64,000 nucleotides of DNA from Octopus sinensis (lineage: Eukaryota). The number at the start of each line of letters is the position of its first letter. Position 1 is the first letter of the stretch. The stretch spans positions 3,286,001-3,350,000 of the forward strand of contig NC_043026.1 of NCBI RefSeq assembly GCF_006345805.1. Direction: 5' to 3'. The notes beneath the pieces were generated by a model. That model did no database searches. It worked only from the letters and a program-made list of their open reading frames with translations, and was not told the origin of the DNA. Both the position numbers and the translations under genes were made by a program. Shown here piece by piece: positions 1-11,995 of this stretch.

Positions 1-1148
1 AACCTTGTTTAGTCAAAGTAGGGATCCCTAATCAAAAGGTTATCCTTTTGGTTTCAGTTCTGAACTAAGAACAGGGAACACAATTCTCTGTTAATACAAA
101 AACTCAGCTGATTTTCCTTCTATGATGTAAAAAAAAAAAAAAAAAAAAGAAAACAAAACAAAACAAACAAGTGTCCCTTGTAGTCAGTTGATAAATAGGG
201 AAGGCTAAAATAAATCCCAGAATAAGGAGTGGACCTAAAATGATGGACTGGAAACCCTATTGGGTCCAGTGCTCCAGCTTCAACCAGTTAACCTTTCATT
301 ACTATATTTCTATTAAAATGCACTGCTTTTGTTTCAGTTAATTTTGAAAATAATCAAGAATTTATCAAAATATATTTTTTATTCAGCCTTTTTTTAAGCA
401 TAAATTAACATAAAATTTTGACAGAAGGTTTTGATATAGATCACTTTAGCACTAGAGTTTTGTATCAGAGATCTAGGGTTAGTCCTCAGGCAGGTTGGTA
501 TCAAAAGAGCTAATGTATATATACAAACATAATGTTTTAATTATTTTATTAATTATGGAGACAAAACAATGCAAGTTATAAAAAAAGAATACAGGTTGAT
601 GGTTCCTGCTTTTACCTGGTTTTGAAGAAGGGATCTGAATTCTGCAATATTGAAATGCAAGGTAAAGCTAGAAACCATCAACTTGTATTATTTTGACTTT
701 ATAACAAAAAGAAATAACTAAAAATGTTTATTTATATCAGACAATGTTTCGTGCAAGTAGCCCATATGCAGAGCAGTACTTAGTGTTGCCACTTCTCTAA
801 GATAGGGATAATTCATTCTAGGCTAGCTGCAGAGTGAAAAATTAATGAGAATCAAAAGGTTTTATCCCTCACAGAAAGCATTACAAACAGGATTGCATTT
901 TGCACCAAAAAGCCAATATGGGGGTTTCTCTCGTGGTGTCTACCACAGTATCGTTTGTCCAAACAGAATACCCATGTTTAAGCGGGGATAAATATTGCCG
1001 TTCAATATCAATACTGCCTCTGTCCCTAATTATTTTTGTACTTTTTAACAAGCTCACTGACAAATCACAACACTGGCACCTGTTTCAGCACTATTTATTC
1101 TATACATTGCTGGCACTAAGATGATTCGCTGCTATCTCTAGCTGTCAA

Positions 1149-1202
1149 GGGTCCATCACTGATGAGACCAAGGAAGGTTGAAATCACATGATCTGGTGAC
1201 CT
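1149..1202 (+). ncRNA. Type I hammerhead ribozyme, copy 1
   Basis: Stem I gggt(c)catca/tggtgacct; core CTGATGA 1159-1165; stem II gacc-aaggaa-ggtt; GAA 1180-1182; stem III atca-ca-tgat; predicted cleavage 3' of C1193 (AUC triplet). Confidence 0.8.
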
Positions 1203-1507
1203 CAGTGTTGGAGGTGGCAGGGATTTATTCCCTACTAGCGATATAAACAAGAGTGTACTTTGTACCAAAAGCCAATATGGGGGTTTCTCTCGTGGTGTCT
1301 ACCACAGTATCGTTTGTCCAAACAGAATACCCATGTTTAAGCGGGGATAAATATTGCCGTTCAATATCAATACTGCCTCTGTCCCTAATTATTTTTGTAC
1401 TTTTTAACAAGCTCACTGACAAATCACAACACTGGCACCTGTTTCAGCACTATTTATTCTATACATTGCTGGCACTAAGATGATTCGCTGCTATCTCTAG
1501 CTGTCAA

Positions 1508-1561
1508 GGGTCCATCACTGATGAGACCAAGGAAGGTTGAAATCACATGATCTGGTGACCT
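1508..1561 (+). ncRNA. Type I hammerhead ribozyme, copy 2
   Basis: Identical to copy 1, shifted by 359 nt; core CTGATGA 1518-1524; predicted cleavage 3' of C1552. Confidence 0.8.
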
Positions 1562-2670
1562 CAGTGTTGGAGGTGGCAGGGATTTATCTCCCTACTAGCG
1601 ATATAAACAAGTGTGTACTTTGTACCAAAAGCCAATATGGGAGAGGTTCTCTCATGGCATCTACCACAGTATAGTTTGTTCTAACAGAACATCCCATGTT
1701 TAAATGGGAATAAATATTACCTCTCTGTCACTAATACCGGCCTCTGTCACTAATATATATATATATATTCACAAATTCCACTCTCGGTAATCTGGGAATA
1801 TTCAGACTGGCATAACATTAAGATAAGGGAATGGTAGTTGTAATATAGAGTGAAAGTATTATGTGTTATTTCCGTTTCTTTGTTACGTCTGCTTCAAGAT
1901 TCCTGAGTGTTTCAGAGGAAACTTGTCTTTCAGTCGGAGCTTTCCACTTAACACTACAGATCTCTCTCTCTAATATATATATATGTATGTATGTATATAC
2001 AATCAAAAACCAAAACATTCAATAGTCACTAATTGTGACTGAGGGTGCAGGGTAGACGAGAGGCAAAGATTCTTACAGCCATAAAAAGCTCATTGGCTTA
2101 TGTACTGACAGGGGAGACAACTGCCCCACAGCGAGGGAGCTCCACTATCCTAGCATGCTAGTTTCACTTTCAACAGATCACCACTAGTGATCACTCCATC
2201 GCTGATAGTTGAGCTAAATCCTACTTATCGGTATATAATAATATTTACCATATGAATAAATGGATGATTCAGCAAAAAGGTTAAAGTGAAAATTCAGAAA
2301 TAACAAAGGTGGCTAGACACAATACACCCTCACACTCACACATGACCATGTTGAAATTTTACCATTTTTTAGAATTTTCATATTTTCCTCTGAGCTTTTT
2401 ACGGTTGGTTTGGAACAATAAAGTTCCTAAGTCCATATCCAGTGTTTCTAGAATTTCATGGTCTCATTTTCAAGAATTGAGAAATGTGAAGATATGCAAA
2501 TGCTGGAATAGGGATTTAGGGGCCTAATGGTGCCGAACCAACTGTAAAAAGCTCATAAAAAAATATGAAAAGTCTGGAATAAAAAGAAAGATAAAACTTG
2601 AAAATAGTCGTGTTTGTGTGTGTATATATATATATATATTTATATATTATATATATATATGTATATATAT

Positions 2671-2703
<33 letters not shown>

Positions 2704-2706
<3 letters not shown>

Positions 2707-2839
2707 GCAGAAGTGGCTGTGTGGTAAGTAGCTTGCTTACCAACTACATGGTTCCAGAGTCAGGCCAACCAAAGCCTTGTGAGTGGATTTGGTAGACAGA
2801 AATTGAAAGATGCCCATTGTATGTATGTATATATGTATA

Positions 2840-2877
<38 letters not shown>

Positions 2878-3029
2878 ATATATATGTATATATGTATTAT
2901 ATATATATGTATGTATATATGTATGTATATATATATGTATGTATATATGTATGTATATATATATGTATGTATATATGTATGTATATATGTATGTATGTAT
3001 ATATGTATGTATATTTATATGTATGTATG

Positions 3030-3065
<36 letters not shown>

Positions 3066-3159
3066 GTATATATATATATATATGTATGTTATATGTATGT
3101 ATATATGTATGTATATATGTATGTATGTATATATATATGTATGTATATATATGTATATA

Positions 3160-3203
<44 letters not shown>

Positions 3204-3567
3204 GTATATATATGTATGTATATATGTATTATATATATGTATATATGTATGTATATATGTATATATATATGTATGTATATATGTATATATATATGTATGT
3301 ATATATGTATGTATATATGTATATATATATGTATATATATATGTATATGTATATATGTATATAATCTATACGTCTGTGTTTGTCCCCTACCATCGCTTGA
3401 CAATGTATGTTGGTTTGTTTACATCCCAGTAACTTAGTGGTTTGGCAACAGAGAACGATAGAATAAGTACTAGGCTTACAAAGAAAAAGTCCTGGGGTCG
3501 ATTTTTATTACTAAAGGCAGCGCTCCAGCATGGCCACAACCAAATGGCTGAAACAAATGAAAGAATA
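2704..3567 (+). mobile_element. tRNA-type SINE (family A) with about 545-bp internal TA/TATG microsatellite expansion
   Basis: Head ggcgcagaagtggctgtgtggtaagtagcttgc (A-box-like TGGCTGTGTGG); 3' module ...cagcatggccacaaccaaatggctgaaacaa; centre 2820-3365 is pure microsatellite. Confidence 0.85.
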
Positions 3568-3809
3568 TATATATATATTTGTATATATAAAATAACCGTA
3601 GACACATATTTGCTTTCCTCCTTGTCTCAGCATATGATCAAGGATGTGGCAACTGAAGTGGGAGAGGCCCCTGTTCAGTTTCAGCCAAGTAGAATGGAGC
3701 TCCACCGGATAAACCCCATTTCACCCTGGTCCAACCAAACCCACAATTTTAGGACCATGAGCTTGCCACTAGGCCCATGCGCCTATAATATATATCTGGC
3801 ACTCCGTCG

Positions 3810-4120
3810 CTTATCACGATGAAGGTTCCGTTTGATCCAATTGTAGGAACAGCTTGCTCGTGAAATTAACACACATGTGGCTGAGTACTCCACAGACACG
3901 GGTACCTTCAACGTAGTTCTCAGGAAGATTCAGCGCAATACAGAACGTGACAAGGTTGGCCTCTGAAATACAGGTACGTCTCATTTTTGCCACCTGAATA
4001 GACTGGAGCAATGTAAAATGAAGTGTCTTGTTCAAGGACACAGCATGCCGTTGGGAATCGAACTCATGTCCTTAGAGTTGTGATCTGTATACCATAACCA
4101 CCAGCCACATGCCTTTACTT
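3810..4120 (-). mobile_element. SINE-like repeat (family D)
   Basis: ctggagcaatgtaaaatgaagtgtcttgttcaaggacacagc motif shared with 27660-27960, 30280-30450, 38690-38820 and 57880-58150. Confidence 0.6.
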
Positions 4121-4178
4121 CTATATATAAACATTTTTCTTAATTTGATGATCAGATGTTAGACTATCCCAATACGTT

Positions 4179-4574
4179 TTTACTCTTTTACTTGTTTCAG
4201 TCATTTGACTGCGGCCATGCTGGAGCACCGCGTTTAGTCGAGCAAATCGACCCCGGGACTTATTCTTTGTAAGCCCAGTACTTATTCTATCGGTCACTTT
4301 TGCCGAACCGCTAAGTGACAGGGACGTAAACACACCAGCATCGGTTGTCAAGTGATGTTGGGGGGACAGACACAAACATACACGCACACACATATATATA
4401 TACATATATATGACGGGCTTCTTTCAGTTTCCGTCTACCAAATCCATTCACAAGGCTTTGGTCGGCCCGGGGCTATAGTAGAAGACACTTGCCCAAGGTA
4501 CCACGCAGTGGGACTGAAGCCGGAACCATGTGGTTGGTAAGCAAGCTACTTACCACACAGCCACTCCTGCGCCT
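4179..4574 (-). mobile_element. tRNA-type SINE family A, full length
   Basis: Reverse complement of the family A consensus seen at 4815, 28066, 40784 and 63582. Confidence 0.9.
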
Positions 4575-4814
4575 ATGTTTCTGTTTTTTAAACCTGTAAT
4601 ATCTTTGTATCCATCTGATTCCCTGTATCTGGTGGTTATACGATATGCTCAGAGAGAAGATAAAGGCAAGAAAACTGAGCTTATATAAGAATGCAGGGGA
4701 CTGACTATCATTTAACTTGCTGCACTATTCGTCCCCCGTTAAGCTGCTGCTATCAACTTCACAGCAATGGAGAGGAGTGTTACTGGTTTCTTTTGTGTCT
4801 CATTGAAATGAAAT

Positions 4815-5196
4815 GGAGTGGCTGTGTGGTAAGTAGCTTGCTAACCAACCACATGGTTCCGGGTTCAGTCCCACAGCGTGGCATCTTGGGCAAGTGTCTT
4901 CTGCTATAGCCCTGGGCCGACCAATGCCTTGTGAGTGGATTTGGTAGACGGAAACTGAAAGAAGCCTGTCGTATATATGTATATATATATATATGTGTCT
5001 GTGTTTGTCCCCCTAGCATTGCTTGACAACCGATGCTGGTGTGTTTACGTCCCCGTCACTTAGCGGTTCGGCAAAAGAGACCGATAGAATAAGCACTGGG
5101 CTTACAAAGAATAAGTCCCGGGGTCGATTTGCTCGACCAAAGGCGGTGCTCCAGCATGGCCGCAGTCAAATGACTGAAACAAGTAAAAGTAAAAGA
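4815..5196 (+). mobile_element. tRNA-type SINE family A, full length
   Basis: A-box-like TGGCTGTGTGG, B-box-like GGTTCAGTCCC, central (TA)n, tail gaaacaagtaaaagtaaaag. Confidence 0.9.
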
Positions 5197-5274
5197 GAGC
5201 ATACCACAGTCCATGCGTCCACAGGCCCTTTGACAGGTGCCATTATTTCATCCTGTCAGGGGTCCAAAGTCATC

Positions 5275-5545
5275 TTCATCATCGTCGTTTAACGTCCGTT
5301 TTCTGCGCTAGCACGGGTTGGATGGTTCGACCGGGGTCTGGGAAGCCAGGGGCTGCACCAGGCTCCTGTCTGATCTGGCAGTGTTTCTACGGCTGGATGC
5401 CCATCCTAATGCCAACCACTCCGCGAGTGTAGTGGGCGCTTTTTATGTGCCAGGGGAGGCTGGCATCGGCCACGATCGGTTGGTGCTTTTAACGTGCCAC
5501 CGGCACAGAAGCCAGTCGAGGCGGCGCTGGCATCGGCCACGTTCG
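5275..5545 (-). mobile_element. RTE-related 3'-end repeat (family B) with (GAT)n tail
   Basis: catcatcgtcgtttaacgtccgtttt...ctggatgcccatcctaatgccaaccac, homologous to 26850-27070, 31240-31480, 45130-45790 and 46110-46575. Confidence 0.75.
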
Positions 5546-7509
5546 TGTCAGGGGTCCAAAATCATCGACACCAAACAAACTCGTTGGGGTTGTCGGGTTA
5601 GTTGTTAATGACACTGCATGCAACAGTTTGTACTGGATTATGCATTAGTGTATACACCTGCTTGTTGTTCCCTCACCTGTTTTTGTCTTCAGTTGGCCAT
5701 TCCTGGGAATCCAGCAGGAAAGTGTGATGATAGTTGCTTCTGATAGAACCCTTCTGAGCAGATGCTCCAATGACCCTCCCAGGCAGATAAGATGGTTGGA
5801 TGAACCATTATGCCACTCTCCTCACTTTAGTGAAATGTGTGAGCCAAGCTCATTATTAAATTACAATTTAATTGGGATTCAATTTAAACTTAAGGCTTGG
5901 AACCTCATTTTTATTCTGCAGCCAGCAGCACTAAATAGCTCAATGCAACCCCTAAAGCTGAAGTAAATAACTTCAACATTATTCTACATTATGACTAAAT
6001 AACCCAGATTCATCTGTTCGAACAACGAAGAACCTTTAGTAATCCTTAAGAATAACCAATGACTTTGCAGCCCCTTAGTTTTGATGCAAAGAGGAGCTGC
6101 ACACTGCCCCCCCCCTCACTCTCCTCTCATCTATGACAATCCTCAGTCCAGTGGCAAAAGCAGGTCAAGAAAAGGGGATAAAATAACCTCAGTATTCTAT
6201 AACTGATCAAAAAATAAAACTTATGTTTTACGCCTGGACCAACCACCAGAATATCGTACATAATATACAAAGTTTAATAATAGCTGAGCAAAATAACCAA
6301 AGAAGCCCAACTGTGATTCTAACACCAGAACTAAAACATGCTTTAAGCTTATAATTCTGCTTCATACACTAAACTATTTGCTTACATGGTTTGTGACTTT
6401 CAATTTAATTTACTTGTATATTTGAAATAGTCATAGAACAGAGTTTGGGAGGTTTGCAGGCCACACCACTAGGATGTGTAACTGGAAAGGCCTTTGTGGA
6501 GTTCAAAGGGAAGCCTGAATACTTGCAACAGAGTAAACTCTGTTTAGTGCCCTGAAGGAGAAGAAGCCAGTGAGTTAGGTCTACTGCTTTACATGTGTCA
6601 CGGACATCTTCTGTTTCTGAATTAGTCAGGGCAATAGGGGTAGAGCCCTTGAGTTTTTGTGGTTGTTCCTATCTCATAAGATTGATGCTGAAACTTCAAC
6701 AACAGCAAGTCCTCCACGAAGGGAATCTGGTTCAGGTGCCTGTTTCATTGAATGTGACTCAAGTAGCAAGAAACCTGATGATAGTGGCTGAGAGGGTGTG
6801 TGTGTGTATGCAGAGATGGTTGGGTGGCTTAGTTAACTTTGTAGCAAAGTGGTTCAAGGTTCAGTCCCACTGTACACCATCTCAGGCAAGTGTTTTGCAG
6901 TCTGGCCTCAAGTTCAAAAGCTTTTTGAGTTGAATTTGGTCGATGGAAACAGTATAATGGTAACTTATGTTCACAAGGAACAGGTTGACAGTAACTTTGA
7001 CATTTCATCAGTGATAGGCTTTCTGAGTGAGTCTGATATATTTTATTAATCGATAACCATTCATAAATTCAACAATTAAAAACACACACACACACACACA
7101 CATTATAACTGGTCCACTACTGAAGACGATGCTAGCAGAATGTTGTTGCCGCATATCATCTTTAGTTGGCAAGAGAGAATTGTGGGGGCTGATGTAATTC
7201 AGACAATCATCGTTATCGGATTTAAAATTATTCAACAGTTGATACTTTCACATTCAAAAAGGTCTGCAAATACAGAGGCATCATTTGGATGATTGCTTCA
7301 GACCCACATGGTTTACAAGTTCCAGCCCCAAATTCATAAATCTATGTATATATATATGTACGTTTTAAGCAATTGAGATTCAAGTGAGTTCTAATGAATT
7401 CACATGAATATGGTCCTTAACTTGGATGCACCGAAAATCTATATGGTGTTAACCATACAACAAAGTGGGGTGATTACAAATAGGAAAGAAGCAACAAGAA
7501 TGGATCAAT

Positions 7510-7600
7510 ATATCGGTACAATTGTTTCGTACGAGGACATCTTTAATAAAGCTACAAAAATTGCAGTAAATATAGGTGGCTCGTACTCATCAGCTGAAAA
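7510..7600 (-). ncRNA. Hammerhead-like motif with extended stem II (Penelope-type, weak stem I)
   Basis: Minus strand: cag CTGATGA gtacgag [44 nt] ctcgtac GAA ACAATTGT A ccga; perfect 7-bp stem II, palindromic stem III, GUA triplet. Confidence 0.6.
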
Positions 7601-7654
7601 TACATATATATATATATATATATATACATATATATACATTCATATGTGTGTGTG

Positions 7655-8020
7655 TTCTTCTATTTGTTTCAGTCATTTGACTGTGGCCATGTTGGAGCAC
7701 CGCCTTAGAGTGTTTTTGTCAAGCAATTCAACTCCAGGACTTTTTTTTATAGCCCAGTACTTATTCTATTGGTGTCTTTTGCCAAACTGCTAAGTTACAA
7801 GGATGTAAACACACTCACATCGGTTGTAAAGTGATGGAGAGAAACACAGATACTAATACAATGGGCTTCTTTCAGTTTCCATCTACCAAATCTACTCACA
7901 AGGCTTTGGTTGACCCGTGGCTATAGTAGAAGACACTTGCCGAAGGTTCCATGCATTCGGACTGAACCCAGAGTCATGTGCTTAGGAAGCAAGCATTTTA
8001 TCACCCAGCCATGCCTACGC
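7655..8020 (-). mobile_element. tRNA-type SINE family A, diverged
   Basis: tttcagtcatttgactgtggccatgttggagcacc through cccagccatgcctacgcc. Confidence 0.8.
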
Positions 8021-8031
8021 CTTTATATATA

Positions 8032-8063
<32 letters not shown>

Positions 8064-8165
8064 TTAATTGTCACTAATTGTGGCTGAGGGTGCCAAAGCA
8101 CATATATTGCAAGAAATAATAGTTAAAATCCTTAATGTACGAAATGCACAATATATATGTATATT

Positions 8166-8199
<34 letters not shown>

Positions 8200-8269
8200 T
8201 ACTGACATAGGGTATTTACTGTGCCATGATTGACTCTGCGATCACCGGATTAGACTAGTTTCAGCTACC

Positions 8270-8645
8270 AGTCATATACATCTGTGATATACATCTGGAA
8301 AATCCTGGAGAGTCTTGTCCCAAACTTTGGCATTCAAAGTTACCCCAACCGCAGAACGGGGCGCCACTGCATGGTACCAAAGATTCCAACATCACCATCA
8401 AAATACAGGACCAGATACTGCAACAGCTTGGGTTTCAGAGGACCACAGCCCTTTAACATCCTCCCTAAATGCCTGAGAGACTTGCATGGTGTGGATGTGG
8501 ATTTCTTTAAAATGAAACTGGATCTCTTCTTGTCGGGGGTCCCAGATGAACCTACCTCACGACAGGAGGCACAGAGGCGGGCAGCGGCATCGAACTCCCT
8601 TGTTGACCAAGTGCCACGTATCAGAGGTGGATTCACATATTAGTG
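8270..8645 (+). mobile_element. CR1-clade LINE 3' fragment
   Basis: ORF 8284-8643: IYIWKILESLVPN...CNSLGFRGPQPFNILPKCLRDL...FKMKLDLFLSGVPDEP, typical of the region C-terminal to CR1/L2 reverse transcriptase. Confidence 0.8.
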
Positions 8646-8961
8646 TAGCTCATTCAGCGGTGCTACCCCAGCATGGCCACAGCCTTCAGGCTGAAACATT
8701 TTTAAGGATTTTATATATATACATATACACATTCACACACACACACACACATATATACACACATATATATATATACACACACACACATACATACATATAT
8801 GTGTGCATGTTTGTATGTATGTATATGTATATATATATGTATATGTGTGTGTGTGAATGTGTATATGTATGCATATTTATGTGCATATATATGTATGTAT
8901 GTATATATATATATATATATGTATGTATATACAAAAATAAGCAACAAGAATGACTCTGGTG

Positions 8962-9051
8962 ATTTGGTACAATTGTTTCATACTACAACATTTTATTAAA
9001 AGCTGTAAATATTACAGCAGATTTAAGATTCTGAGTGCTCTTCAGCCAATT
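8962..9051 (-). ncRNA. Hammerhead-like motif, same family as 7510-7600
   Basis: Minus strand: aattgg CTGAAGA gcac...gtat GAA ACAATTGT A ccaaat; 4-bp stem I, imperfect stem II with internal hairpin gctgtaa/ttacagc. Confidence 0.55.
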
Positions 9052-9189
9052 TATATAGGTTTTCCAATAATACAAAAGCTTTGAAATCAATTAGTAACAT
9101 TTTAGAGAAGGTAAATATACAGATAAAGATGTAGATATAAATCTTAGGAACATTTGAGGTTGTGAAGTTCAGTTGCTAACTGACCAATA

Positions 9190-9211
9190 CTATATATATA
9201 TATATATCTAC

Positions 9212-9242
<31 letters not shown>

Positions 9243-9825
9243 GTATCTATATATATATGTATATGCATATATATATGTATGTATATACATATGTATATAT
9301 ATATGCATATATATATATATGTATCTATATATATATATACATGTATATATATATGTATATATATATACATATATATATATATATGCATGTATATATATAT
9401 ATTCATGTGTATATATATTCATGTATATATATATTCATGTATATATATATGCATGTATATATATATACATGCATATATATACATGCATATATATATGCAT
9501 GTATATATATACATGCATATATATATGCATGTATATATATATGCATATATATATATGAATGTATATATATGTATGTGTATATATGCATGTATATATATAT
9601 ATATTATATATATATATGTATGTATATATGTATGTATATATGTATGTATATATATATGTATATATATATGTATGTATATATGTATGTATATATATATATG
9701 TATGTATATATATATGTATGTATATATATATGTATATATATGTATGTATGTATATATATGAATGTATATATATGTATGTATGTATATATATGTATGTACA
9801 TATATATATAAATGTATATATAAAG
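9190..9825. repeat. Compound (TA)n/(TATG)n/(CATG) microsatellite
   Basis: Directly visible low-complexity tract; source of many spurious Y/I/M/C ORFs. Confidence 0.95.
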
Positions 9826-9839
9826 TTTTTCCAAACATG

Positions 9840-10010
9840 AAAACACAAAGAGAAAACACAACAATGTGAGGCCGTGGAACAAGTATAGTATTATTGCACG
9901 CTCAGGAAAGAAGGAGGTCTCAACGTTTCGAGCGGAGCTCTTCGTCGGAAACATAGGAAAGGGAAAAATCCAAAGGGAAAACGAAGCAAAAAAAAATCGC
10001 CAACGGTACA
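9840..10010 (-). mobile_element. Penelope-like terminal repeat fragment with degenerate hammerhead
   Basis: Minus strand CCGACGA a gagc-tcc-gctc GAA ACGT T gagac at about 9917-9950; homologous diverged copy at 36330-36480. Confidence 0.5.
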
Positions 10011-10031
10011 CACACACAGTTACATTTTGAA

Positions 10032-10066
<35 letters not shown>

Positions 10067-10077
10067 GTATGTATATA

Positions 10078-10143
10078 TAATGTTCCTGAAGGTCGGCAAT
10101 GGTCTTCCTCGGTCACGAGTGGATGGCCATCATCATCTTCATC
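10078..10143 (+). mobile_element. Short 3'-UTR fragment of the RTE LINE seen at 28480-28812
   Basis: aatgttcctgaaggtcggcaatggtcttcctcggtcacgagtgga near-identical to the reverse complement of 28490-28540; followed by (CAT)n and microsatellite to 10470. Confidence 0.8.
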
Positions 10144-11247
10144 ATGTATATATGTAAATATATACATATGTATGTATGTATGTATGTATGTATATACATA
10201 CGTATGTATATATATATATACATATGTATGTATGTATATATATACATATGTATGTATATATACATATGTATGTATATGTATGTATGTACATATGTATGTA
10301 TGTATATACATATGTATGTATGTATATACATATGTATGTATATACATACGTATATATATATATACATATGTATGTATGTATATATATACATATGTATGTA
10401 TATATACATATGTATGTATATGTATGTATGTACATATGTATGTATATATATATAGATGTATGTTTATATATGTGTGTATCATAGGCATAGGAGTGGTTAT
10501 GTAGTAATGGAGGGGATGAAGAGGCGGCATTCATCAACTTTTAGACATTATATTATGTCAATTTATTTATTTATTTACTAAAATGACAATTACAAGAATA
10601 TACATACATGTATGACATATTATGTAGTCGTATCCCTTCATAGCCACAGCCTTTGGCTGAAACCTGCAAAAGCAATATATGATGGGCCCTCACCCTCATG
10701 TATTACACTTTCCTTTTCCAAAATTCTGAAACAAGGCATTGGTTAGCCTGAAGTTACAATATGAGACATTATTTTGCTCTCGGTGCTGTGTTGTGAGTTA
10801 GAATATGAGGCCACATGGTAGTGAAGTGAACCCTGTAGCCTCAAACCCATGCTTGCACCTCTCTCTTCACACAGCTCTGCCTGCATCTCCCACACCCGCA
10901 CAGCCATCTCTGCACTTGGGTATACTTTCTCATAAAACCCACTCAAGTATTTGTTTCATATGCTCGTCTCACCTGCACACGTACTTTAGCTGTGGCAGTT
11001 TTATTAAGAATAAAATATAAACCCCAAATTAACATAGCGCTACACCACGTCTGAAATCCTCAGCAGAAGTACCAGGAGGCAGTTGTTAAGCAATTTTAAA
11101 TGAAGATTTCAGTTAGATTATTCCCCGGATCCGTCACTGCTGGCAACCATGAGACAGCAGCACATCACAGCTATAATTTCATCCCTGATGCTGAAGCTGA
11201 CAGGGTCTTGAAATATTAATCCATTGAGGAATGTCTTTGTTTTAGAC

Positions 11248-11549
11248 CAGTGGTTCTCAACTGGGGTCCATAGAAGATTTGGGGATCTACAATAGTATTT
11301 TAAGGGCCCCTGAAAACATTTTGCTTTAGATGTATATATTAGTATGTACTGTAAGAAACGGCAAGGTTTCTTTCTCCAACTTTTTTCATAATTCAACCTA
11401 CACAAGTTAATGTGTGGAAAACAAAATAGGGGTTTTGAAACCAGTTTCTATAAAACTAGTTTTTAAACATCAAATGGTTATAGGGGTCCGCCAGAATAAA
11501 ATAGTAACCAAAAGGATCCAAAGATAAAAAAAATGGTCGAGAACCTCTG
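11248..11549. mobile_element. hAT-type MITE
   Basis: TIRs cagtggttctcaac / gtcgagaacctctg; 8-bp TSD ttttagac / ctctagac (NNNTANNN-type). Confidence 0.8.
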
Positions 11550-11961
11550 CTCTAGACAATCATGAAAGGCTAATGAGGTAATCTAAAAGATCTTTAATGA
11601 AAAAAGAGATTTAACCTGGAAACAGTTGTCCTTCGTACAACATCTTTCAAACAAATGCTCTTCCTTATCTTCACACATTTTTTATATTAATCGTTTAGCA
11701 TTCAGATTTCTCAATTAAATGTTATTCTTATTATATTCACCTTGTTTTCAATTGTGATGCATTATCTCGTAGCTTCGAGATTTTGATGATGTGATTGTTT
11801 ATTTTTAAAGTGACATTGTAGGGTTGGTGTGAGAGGCCAGATCTGGCCAGTTTTGATACTTAAAGGGTCAAAGACAAAAAGGACAAGACAGCAACATCAA
11901 TATTTTTTTTTTGTTTCCCTACCTCTTTTTTTTTTTTATTGTTTTGGCAGTGTCACTTTTG

Positions 11962-11995
<34 letters not shown>

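Larger units (their letters stand above)
901..1750 (+). repeat. Tandem repeat of about 359-360 bp: two near-identical monomers plus a diverged partial third copy (retrozyme-like)
   Basis: ccaaaagccaatatggg recurs at about 905, 1265 and 1625; 905-1260 and 1265-1620 differ at only a few positions; 1640-1750 is clearly diverged. Confidence 0.95.

Noticed and set aside
2779-3437. Y/I/M/C/V-rich ORFs here and at 8686-10537, 19728-20458, 53580-53888 and 60981-61520
   Set aside because: Translations of dinucleotide and tetranucleotide microsatellites
4815-4880. tRNA gene in SINE heads
   Set aside because: Only A/B-box-like remnants, no cloverleaf, and always attached to the SINE body
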